32,000 nt of DNA from Candidatus Odinarchaeota archaeon (lineage in GTDB: Archaea > Asgardarchaeota > Odinarchaeia > Odinarchaeales > Odinarchaeaceae), in the NCBI GenBank assembly GCA_016839265.1, contig JAEOUO010000003.1, positions 30,001-62,000 of the forward strand, given 5' to 3'. Under the pieces are notes generated by a model, which saw only the letters and a list, made by a program, of their open reading frames with translations, did no database searches and was not told where the DNA came from. The translations under genes were made by a program, and so were the position numbers. Shown here piece after piece: positions 17,686-25,555 of this stretch. Position 1 is the stretch's first letter, and each line of letters begins with the position of its first letter.

Positions 17686-17753
17686 TATACACCACTACTT
17701 AATAAATAAACACTGAAAAAATATAAAAGTAGCATATAAAAAGAGGTGGAGAA

Positions 17754-18938
17754 GTGAAAATCCTTATCATCGGATATAATACACGACCAGTCACCACAGC
17801 GATTAAAATATTAGGTTATAAAACATATGTAATAGATTACTGGGGAGACCTAGATATAAAACCTTACGCGGATAAACTGTTTATAATTAAAAAGAAAAAT
17901 AAGAACTGTGAAGTAAACATACAGGAACATGGATTAGAATTATTCTATAAAATAGTTAGAAAAAACCCTGACATAGATTACAGTATAATATGCAGCGGAT
18001 ATGATGACGACCCGCAGATATGGAAGCTAATAAATGAGAGAACACCGTTATTAAATATACCTGTATCAGAGCTTGAAAAAATAAGAGATCGGTTAAAATT
18101 TACGGCGAAGCTTGAAGAGAAAAAAATACCTCATATAAAAGTTGAGAAAGCGGCTACAGTGAATCAAGCGCTAAAAAAAGCGGGGAAAATAGGGTATCCT
18201 ATATTATTAAGGCCTTTAAAATCATCAGGAGCATACAAGTTGAAAACAGCTGAAACACCAAGCGAGCTAGAAGAATTAATCAAAGAAGATAAACCATTTT
18301 ACATCGAAAAATACTATAAAAATGTGAAAGCCAATCTAAGCCAGATAGTAAACACATATAACAGTGAATGCGTTATTCTTTCAACAAACATTCAGCTTCT
18401 AAAAGAACACAGTTTAGGACATCAAGCAATGCTCAGCTACGCTGGTAATATAACACCTTACATTAATCAACAGTTAACGGAGAAATTAACAGAAACAACT
18501 AGAAAAATAGTTAAAAACTACAAGTTGAAAGGAATAATCGGCATAGACTACATAGTAACTTTAAATAATAAAATATACCCTACGGAGATAAACCCTAGAA
18601 TACCTGGATCAATAGATACAGCTCAAATAACCACTTCAACAAACCTACTACAACATCATCTAAGAGTCTTCTTAAACGAAAAACTTTCCCAAGAACCTCA
18701 ACATAAAGGGTATGCTGCAAAGATAATTTTAAAAACAAAAATAAAATATAAAATGCCTCCGCTACCGGTAAACCTCCCTGTTTCAGACATAACACCACCG
18801 AATAATCTACTAGAACCAGGAACACCGATATGCACAATATGCACATATGACGTTTACAACCCCTACAACGCGTATATCAACGCTAAAAAAATAGCTAAAC
18901 TAATATACCTATTAAACTCGGAGAATAGAATTGAATAA
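17754..18938 (+). CDS. ATP-grasp fold protein (COG2232-like predicted carboligase)
   Basis: KILIIGYNTRP...IDYWGDLD N-domain, GYPILLRP, GIIGIDY and EINPRIPGS. Confidence 0.75.
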   Translation: MKILIIGYNTRPVTTAIKILGYKTYVIDYWGDLDIKPYADKLFIIKKKNKNCEVNIQEHGLELFYKIVRKNPDIDYSIICSGYDDDPQIWKLINERTPLLNIPVSELEKIRDRLKFTAKLEEKKIPHIKVEKAATVNQALKKAGKIGYPILLRPLKSSGAYKLKTAETPSELEELIKEDKPFYIEKYYKNVKANLSQIVNTYNSECVILSTNIQLLKEHSLGHQAMLSYAGNITPYINQQLTEKLTETTRKIVKNYKLKGIIGIDYIVTLNNKIYPTEINPRIPGSIDTAQITTSTNLLQHHLRVFLNEKLSQEPQHKGYAAKIILKTKIKYKMPPLPVNLPVSDITPPNNLLEPGTPICTICTYDVYNPYNAYINAKKIAKLIYLLNSENRIE

Positions 18939-20103
18939 TATGAAAATCAGCTTAATATATATCCCACCTGAAGAGGAAAGATATAATAGAAGCTACCCTT
19001 CTTTCCCACCTCTTGGAATAGGATACATAGCCGCCCTCCTAAAAAAGAAAAAACACGACATAAACGTGTACGATATTACTTTTGAAACAGACAACTGGCT
19101 TATAGAAGAAATACTAAAAGAGAATAATAGTATAGTCGGATTCTCAGTTTATCCTTGGAACAAAGAAACAGTTCTTAAAATAGCTGAGAAACTTAAAGAA
19201 AAAAATCCGGATATAAAAATAATATTAGGCGGGCCTGAACCCTCCTATAACCCGGAGAAATACGTTAAACAAACCGTAGTAGATGGAGTTTGCCGAGGAG
19301 AAGGAGAGAAAATATTTTTAAACCTCACAGAAGGGAACACCATTAACCTTTACACCAAAAATAATAAAACACGAATACAAATAGTTGAAAACCTTGAAGA
19401 AATCCCATCCCCATATCTTGAACAAATATTCAAAGTGAAAAAATACCATACTTTTTCTTTTCAAACCCATCGAGGATGCGCTTATACATGCAGATTCTGC
19501 CGATGGCAGTATCCGGGGTTGATAAGATATTATCCTTTAAACCAGGTGACCAGCGAGTTAGAATATTTAAGTCAAATAGAAAACCTATATGTTTTACAAT
19601 GCATAGACTCAGATTTTTTACATGACAACAATTACGCGAACCTGTTATTAAAAAACCTAATAGAGAAAAAAGTGAAATACCCTCAAGCTAACTTTGAAGT
19701 TTACTATGAAAATTTCAACATTAAAACAGGATTATTAATGAATAAAATAGCTGACAGTGTAATAGTCGCCTACGGTTTAGAAACAGCATCACAAAAGGTT
19801 TTAAAAGCCGCTGGTAAGAGAATAGATTTAAAAATATTTAAAAGAAAAATCAGAGAAACAAAAAATACCGGGTTAAAAGTACAAGTTAATCTTCTAGTAG
19901 GGTTACCTGAACAAAACTGGGAGACAATCGAGCAAACCCTCGAATACACGAAAGAACTTGACCCGGATAGAATAGTAGTCAACACAGTTCACCGCGCAAC
20001 AATTACACATAACAGAAAAACATCAGATTATAGTACCCTACCGGACAGTGAACTTAAAAAAATACAGGAAAAAGTTATAAGATATTTGAAAAAAGGTTTC
20101 TAA
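18931..20103 (+). CDS. Cobalamin-binding-domain radical SAM protein
   Basis: PPLGIGYIAA, IILGGPE, GEGE, RGCAYTCRFC, GLETAS and LLVGLP. Confidence 0.85.
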   Translation: MNNMKISLIYIPPEEERYNRSYPSFPPLGIGYIAALLKKKKHDINVYDITFETDNWLIEEILKENNSIVGFSVYPWNKETVLKIAEKLKEKNPDIKIILGGPEPSYNPEKYVKQTVVDGVCRGEGEKIFLNLTEGNTINLYTKNNKTRIQIVENLEEIPSPYLEQIFKVKKYHTFSFQTHRGCAYTCRFCRWQYPGLIRYYPLNQVTSELEYLSQIENLYVLQCIDSDFLHDNNYANLLLKNLIEKKVKYPQANFEVYYENFNIKTGLLMNKIADSVIVAYGLETASQKVLKAAGKRIDLKIFKRKIRETKNTGLKVQVNLLVGLPEQNWETIEQTLEYTKELDPDRIVVNTVHRATITHNRKTSDYSTLPDSELKKIQEKVIRYLKKGF

Positions 20104-20132
20104 AAGAATATAAGACTAAACAAGGTGGTTTA

Positions 20133-20471
20133 ATGTCTGAAAGTCAACCCGTTAAAGAAGAAGAGGAGAAAACTAAAAAACAAACTGAAAAACGCGAAGT
20201 ACTCGTAGTTAACAGCGAGCAATTATCCGGATACAACGATAATCTTGTAACAGATCTAGCAAACTATTTAAACGAGAAATTGAAGATTAAAGCTAAAAGA
20301 GACGGCACAGACATCCTCTTAGACATAAAAAACATACAGCTAAGCAAAACAGATCTAAGACTCTACATTAAAAAATTTCTAAGAAAAAACAACATCAATA
20401 ATATTTTCAAAATAATCTCACCTGCAGCTACAGGAAACAGTCTACTACTAGCTAAACAGAAAGAGATCTGA
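20133..20471 (+). CDS. rpl22e: Ribosomal protein eL22 (RPL22e) homolog
   Basis: LANYLNEKLKI...LSKTDLRLYIKKFLRKNNINNIFKIIS parallels eukaryotic eL22 'FLQERIKV...[27 protein letters not shown]'; GGTG SD upstream. Confidence 0.75.
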   Translation: MSESQPVKEEEEKTKKQTEKREVLVVNSEQLSGYNDNLVTDLANYLNEKLKIKAKRDGTDILLDIKNIQLSKTDLRLYIKKFLRKNNINNIFKIISPAATGNSLLLAKQKEI

Positions 20472-20511
20472 AAACAGTTCACAATATTTTAATAAACCGT
20501 GGAAAATAGAT

Positions 20512-21484
20512 ATGAGTATGCAGTATACTAACATAGCTTGTAAAGCTTTGATAGCTGCGCTTCTTGAAGTAGCCGGCTGGCCGAAACCTTGAATTAAAAC
20601 AAGGCGGCATACCCGGCAACATACATCGGACAGCTGATTACCTGAAAACACGATATGAGCATTACATAATAGGGTACATTCCTGTTTACGATTATTTTAT
20701 TAAAACCGTTAAAAAAACCAGGTTTCTAACACTTAGAAGAAAAGATTACAATAGTCTGCAATTAGGTAAACTAATCTATCTGTCAGCTAAAAAATCCTAT
20801 AACTGGCAAAGCGGGGGAAACATAAACTTAGGCGCATTAACCCTTCTGATACCTTTAATAGCCGCGTATACAGCATCAGAAGTTGAAAATATTAAAGACC
20901 AAGATAAGCTGAGAGAAAAACTACAAGAAATCTTGAAATCAACCACCGTAGAAGACGCTGTAAACTTTTATAAAACAGTGAACATAGTTAAACCAGGCGG
21001 TTTAAGTGAAACCAGCGAATACGATATAACTAAAAAATCTTTCCCGGAGAGAATCCGCCGCGACAGAAAAACATTATATGATCTTTTCAAAATAAGCGCT
21101 GAATGGGATAGCATATCAAAAGAATGGGTTACAGGATATCAAATCACATACACTATAGGTGAACCAACATTTACATCAACATTACATGAATCAAAAGACA
21201 TTAACACAGCTACAGTCCACACATTCCTAAAAATACTAAGCATGATACCAGACAGTTTAATTAAACGAAAAACAAATGAAAAAAAAGCGAGAGAAATCAG
21301 CTCTAAAGCACAGCAAGCCTTAAAACTTGGAGGCTTAAACACACCGGAAGGCAGAGAATACATAAAAAGATTCGACAGTGAACTTCAAAAAAGTAAAGGC
21401 TTGTTAAACCCAGGCAGCTCAGCTGATCTAACAGCAGCTTCAATAATGGCGGCGCTAAATAAAAAAGAACCACCATTATACTAA
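20512..21484 (+). CDS. citG: Archaeal CitG-family protein (triphosphoribosyl-dephospho-CoA synthase-like), split into two exons: 20512-20585 and 20611-21484, 315 aa after splicing
   Basis: Exon 1 encodes MSMQYTNIACKALIAALLEVAGWP. Exon 2 continues (K)PGNIHRTADY...RYEHY...GGNINLGALTLLIPL...STTVEDAVNFY...NPGSSADLTAA. Removing 20586-20610 joins them in frame. Confidence 0.85.
20586..20610 (+). other. 25-nt bulge-helix-bulge (BHB) intron in the citG-like mRNA
   Basis: Central 4-bp helix GCCG(20580-83)/CGGC(20605-08), 3-nt bulges AAA(20584-86) and ATA(20609-11), inner stem CCTTG/CAAGG with an 8-nt loop, and outer exon-exon stem GCCGG-(CT)-G/C-CCGGC. Confidence 0.85.
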
Positions 21485-21489
21485 CCTTA

Positions 21490-21525
21490 AAAAACAGCTT
21501 TAACAAAAATAAAAAATAAAAGTAT
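21490..21525 (-). terminator. Oligo-T terminator-like tract after the SDR gene (convergent with citG)
   Basis: Minus strand reads CTTTTATTTTTTATTTTTGTTAAAGCTGTTTTTT downstream of the stop at 21539. Confidence 0.4.
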
Positions 21526-21538
21526 AGAGAAATCACTT

Positions 21539-22339
21539 CTAAGATTTTTTAAACGGGTTCTCTCCCTTAGCTGGAAGATGATCTTTAACCATACCGCCGC
21601 GAGCTGTCTCCCCGTTATCCAGTATTAAACATGTTCCAACCGCGTGACTAGACTCATCACTGGCTAAAAATAACGCTCCATAAGCCATTTCTAAAGGTGA
21701 CGCCAGCTTACCCATATCCTCCCATTCTTTCTCAGGATCCGCTGAAGCGGCTACAGCTTTTCTAAGAAGCGGAGTATCAACATAGCCTGGGCATAAAGCG
21801 TTTATACGAATATTATACTTAGCATAATCTATTGCCATCGCCTTAGTCAACATAACCACACCGCCTTTAGACGCGTGGTAAGCCTCCCAGCCTGGTTGAG
21901 CTACAAAACCCCAGTTAGAAGCTGTGTTAACAATTACACCGCCACCCTGATTCTTCATAACAGGTATCACCGCCTTAGAACAATAGAATACACTAGATAA
22001 GTTAACCGCTAACACCTTATTCCATAAATCGACACTAGTAGACTCAGCGTCACCTACAGGGCCTATACCCGCATTATTATGTAAAATATCAACCCGCCCG
22101 TAAGTTTTAACAGCGAAATCTATAAGATTTTTACAATCCTCCCATTTAGACACGTCTGTTTTACAGAAAAACGCCTCCCCGCCTGCTTTCTTAATTTCTT
22201 CAACCGTCTTCAAAGCATCAACCTCATTAACGTCCCCTATAATTATTTTAGCACCCTCCTTAGCGAATAACTTCGCTGTTGCAGCTCCAATACCTGTAGC
22301 CGCCCCGGTTATAACAGCGATTTTACCTTTAAGTCTCAT
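21539..22339 (-). CDS. Classical short-chain dehydrogenase/reductase
   Basis: TGAATGIG, NNAG, NTAS, YHASK (YxxxK) and NALCPGYVDT. Confidence 0.93.
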   Translation of the reverse strand: MRLKGKIAVITGAATGIGAATAKLFAKEGAKIIIGDVNEVDALKTVEEIKKAGGEAFFCKTDVSKWEDCKNLIDFAVKTYGRVDILHNNAGIGPVGDAESTSVDLWNKVLAVNLSSVFYCSKAVIPVMKNQGGGVIVNTASNWGFVAQPGWEAYHASKGGVVMLTKAMAIDYAKYNIRINALCPGYVDTPLLRKAVAASADPEKEWEDMGKLASPLEMAYGALFLASDESSHAVGTCLILDNGETARGGMVKDHLPAKGENPFKKS

Positions 22340-22438
22340 TTAAAAACCTCTTTAAAACTTTATTTACAAAAAATAAAAGCAATTCAGATATAAAAATACA
22401 TAAATATGGAAACTACTAGTGTAATAAAAGGGAATAAA

Positions 22439-23191
22439 ATGAAAATAGTTTATGATCCTCGTTTTGAATTAGAGTATTCTGATGAGCCTGCAGCGGAGAG
22501 CGGGCGGATGCAAGTTATTTATGAGGCGCTTAAAGATCTATATGAGTTTGTTAAGCCTGAGCCTGCTTCTGAAGATGATCTCAGCCTCGTTCACACGAAA
22601 GCGCACATAGAGAGCATTAAAGGAAGCGGGTTATATGACATCGCTAGATTAGCAGCGGGAGGGGCGATTAAAGCTAGTGAAATAGCTTACAGCGGGGAGC
22701 CGGCTTTCGCATTAATAAGACCTCCAGGTCATCATGCTGGAGTGGATTTCTACTGGGGTTTCTGCTACTTTAATAATATTGCGGTATCAGTTCAAAAACT
22801 GAGAAAAGAGGGAAAAGTGAAAAAAGTGCTAATAGTAGATTTCGATCTTCACTATGGAGATGGAACAGCGAATATATTCGTAAATGAGTCTCAAGTCGCT
22901 TACTATCATCTTCTAAGAAGAGCGAAAACTCAACAGCTTTACACTCTCTCTAAATATCTTTCAAAACTTAAAGACTATGATATTGTAGCGGTATCCGCAG
23001 GATTCGACGCTCACGTAGAGGATTGTGGCAGATGGCTTGAAACTGAAGACTACAAGGAGATAGGGGTCTTGATAAAAGAATTCGCTGAACGTGAATGTCA
23101 GAGTAGAAGATACGCTGTTCTAGAAGGAGGGTACAACCAGAAAGTTTTAGGAAGAAACGTTAAAGCGTTTATCGAAGGCTTCAAAGACTAA
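22439..23191 (+). CDS. Histone deacetylase-family (AcuC/HDAC) Zn-dependent amidohydrolase
   Basis: RPPGHH, GFCYFNN, DFDLHYGDGT, SAGFD and LEGGY. Probable start is MKIVYD at 22439. Confidence 0.9.
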   Translation: MKIVYDPRFELEYSDEPAAESGRMQVIYEALKDLYEFVKPEPASEDDLSLVHTKAHIESIKGSGLYDIARLAAGGAIKASEIAYSGEPAFALIRPPGHHAGVDFYWGFCYFNNIAVSVQKLRKEGKVKKVLIVDFDLHYGDGTANIFVNESQVAYYHLLRRAKTQQLYTLSKYLSKLKDYDIVAVSAGFDAHVEDCGRWLETEDYKEIGVLIKEFAERECQSRRYAVLEGGYNQKVLGRNVKAFIEGFKD

Positions 23192-23286
23192 TAGAGTATA
23201 GTTTATTATAGAACTTTTAGCTTTATCAGTTAAAGATTTAAAAATAACTAGATATCCTATTATTGTCGAAGAAAAGAGGGGTTAAT

Positions 23287-24360
23287 ATGATAAAAACAGA
23301 ATATGATTTACACTCCCTGACTAGTTTTGAAAGCCCAGATTATGTTAGAACAAGTCTAGCAGCGGCTATGACGCTTAAACTTTTACCCGGCCGTTTTTAC
23401 AGAGGAGCTAAATTATATTGCATAAACTTATTACTCACATATTCAGAGGGGTGCGCTGCTAACTGCGCTTATTGCGGTCTTTCAAGAGGTCGTGGAGGTC
23501 AATGGGTTAAAAACAGTTTCATCAGAGTCGACTGGCCTACATACCCTTTAACCGAGATAATAAATAGAATGGATAAATATAAAAATGATATCAGGCGTGT
23601 ATGTGTTTCAATGATAACAAGACCTAAAGCAGTAGCTGACACCATAACTATAGTTAAAAAAATAAGAGAGAAACTAGATACACCGATATCCGCGCTTATA
23701 ACACCCACAGTGATGAATAAAAGAAACCTTGAAGAGTTGAAAGAAGCGGGCTGCGATCATATCGGCATAGCTGTAGACGCTGCTAAACCTGAACTGTTCG
23801 ATAAATATAGGGGTAGCGGAGTTAAAGGCCCTCATAAATGGAGTAAATATTGGGAGACTGTTAAACAAGCGGTTGAAGTCTATGGTGACGCTGTGGGAGT
23901 GCATTTAATAGTAGGCTTAGGTGAAACTGAAAAAGATATGATTGAAATAATTCAGTATGCTCAAGATTTAGGCGCCTCTACACATTTATTCTCATTCTAC
24001 CCTGAAGAGAACAGTCAAATGTCCAGTTATCAGCCACCGCCGATAGAGCAGTATCGTAGAATCCAAATAGCGCGTTACTTAATCAACGAAAAGATTAAAA
24101 CAATAAAAGACATGAAGTTTACATCCGAAGGGAAACTAGAAGCCGTCAACATTAATAGTGAAGAGTTTAATAAAATAGTGGACAGCGGTATACCGTTCAT
24201 GACAAGCGGATGCCCGGGGGTTGACGGTCAAGTAGCTTGCAACAGACCGTACGCGAATGAGAAACCTGGAAAATTAATAAGAAACTATCCGTTCAAACCA
24301 CTCAAATCAGATATAAAACTTATAAGAAAACAGTTAGAACTTAAAGTTCAGAGCTGGTAA
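23287..24360 (+). CDS. Biotin-synthase-related radical SAM (COG2516-like); probable LipS1/LipS2-type lipoyl synthase component
   Basis: SPDYVRTSLAAAMTL, NLLLTYSEGCAANCAYCGL, FIRVDWP, and C-terminal TSGCPG...ACNRP resembling the TxGCP...C(N/D)RP motif of LipS-type proteins. Confidence 0.7.
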   Translation: MIKTEYDLHSLTSFESPDYVRTSLAAAMTLKLLPGRFYRGAKLYCINLLLTYSEGCAANCAYCGLSRGRGGQWVKNSFIRVDWPTYPLTEIINRMDKYKNDIRRVCVSMITRPKAVADTITIVKKIREKLDTPISALITPTVMNKRNLEELKEAGCDHIGIAVDAAKPELFDKYRGSGVKGPHKWSKYWETVKQAVEVYGDAVGVHLIVGLGETEKDMIEIIQYAQDLGASTHLFSFYPEENSQMSSYQPPPIEQYRRIQIARYLINEKIKTIKDMKFTSEGKLEAVNINSEEFNKIVDSGIPFMTSGCPGVDGQVACNRPYANEKPGKLIRNYPFKPLKSDIKLIRKQLELKVQSW

Positions 24361-24361
24361 A

Positions 24362-25456
24362 TTGACGGCTAAAAAATATGATGCAGTGATAATAGGCGCG
24401 GGGCCAGCTGGCTGCGCAGCCGGATTAAAACTAGCCAACGAAGAGGTAAACACATTAATAGTTGAGAAAAAGAAGCTGCCTCGAGAGAAAGCCTGCGCGG
24501 GATTACTACCTGAAGCTGCAATCCAAGTTTTAGAAGATTATTTAAATCTGAAAATACCTGAAAAAGTTTTCGAAGAACCTTCAACCGTCGGACTAGTTTA
24601 TATACCGCCTTCAGGTGTTAAAAACGCTGTTTTAAAATTAAACTATAAGCTGTATAATATAAACCGTGTTAAATTCGACAGCTGGCTTACCTCTGAAGCT
24701 GAAAGTAAAGGTGTTAAAATACTTCAAAACACAAGACCTGAAAAAATCCTGTTCAAAAACAAAGAGATAATTTTAAAAACAACCAGCGGGGAAACACTTC
24801 ATACAAGTTATATAATCGGCTGCGATGGAGTTAAAAGCTGGGTTCGACATCAAATATTTAATAAAAACTTCCCACACGCCCCTGTATACCAGGAGTCCTA
24901 CCCTTTAAAAAAAGAGTATAACAATATTGTTAAACCGTATTTTTACATTTTCTTAAACAGTCAAGTATGCAACCTCTACTCATATATAATAAGAAAAAAA
25001 GATAAAATGATACTCGGAGTCGGCGACTTTAACAGTAAAAAAAATTCGAAAGAAATTGTTAACAAAATGACTGAGTTTAAAAAACTTTTAACAAAAGAAT
25101 TACCGGCTTTCACACAGATATTAAACAGTAACCCTGTAAGACAATTATGGTTCATACCCTTCTTCACCCCTGAAATAGGATTAGAAAATATTCTATTAGC
25201 AGGGGATGCAGCTGGATTCGTAAACTCTTTCAGCGGAGAAGGAATACGACTTGCAGTTGAAAGCGGAGTATACGCGGCTGAAGCTGTTAAAAAAAGCATA
25301 ATAGAAAAAGATCAAGCGTTAAAATATTACCAGAAAAATGTGGAGAACTTAATAGATTTCTGCAATAAAATACGCGATTACACAAATAATTTAACAGAGC
25401 ATAAAAGAGAAAATTATGTTAAAGACTTGAAAGCAATAATTAAAGTAGCACTATAA
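24362..25456 (+). CDS. Geranylgeranyl-reductase-family FAD-dependent oxidoreductase (possibly LipT-like)
   Basis: GAGPAG Rossmann motif, EKKKLPREKACAG, GCDG, LAGDAAGFVNSFSGEGI; starts 1 nt after the radical SAM stop. Confidence 0.82.
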   Translation: MTAKKYDAVIIGAGPAGCAAGLKLANEEVNTLIVEKKKLPREKACAGLLPEAAIQVLEDYLNLKIPEKVFEEPSTVGLVYIPPSGVKNAVLKLNYKLYNINRVKFDSWLTSEAESKGVKILQNTRPEKILFKNKEIILKTTSGETLHTSYIIGCDGVKSWVRHQIFNKNFPHAPVYQESYPLKKEYNNIVKPYFYIFLNSQVCNLYSYIIRKKDKMILGVGDFNSKKNSKEIVNKMTEFKKLLTKELPAFTQILNSNPVRQLWFIPFFTPEIGLENILLAGDAAGFVNSFSGEGIRLAVESGVYAAEAVKKSIIEKDQALKYYQKNVENLIDFCNKIRDYTNNLTEHKRENYVKDLKAIIKVAL

Positions 25457-25555
25457 AAGATAGTAGTAAAAAAATAATAATAGAAAGATAAATGTATACT
25501 AAATATGATTAAAAACGTAAAAGAGTAATTTTTGAAGTATTTCAATAGTTCTAAA

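Noticed and set aside
18931-20103. GDGT ring synthase (GrsA/B) because Tes is nearby
   Set aside because: Only generic B12-radical SAM motifs are visible, the protein is short, and I cannot assign a subfamily without phylogeny.
20590-20592. TGA read-through as selenocysteine in citG
   Set aside because: The downstream coding sequence is in a different frame (25 nt is not a multiple of 3), so read-through cannot restore the protein.
20512-21484. citG as a pseudogene, or ORF 20933-21484 as a stand-alone gene
   Set aside because: The only disruption is one 25-nt insert that forms a canonical BHB and excises precisely. Both flanks are otherwise open and keep family motifs.
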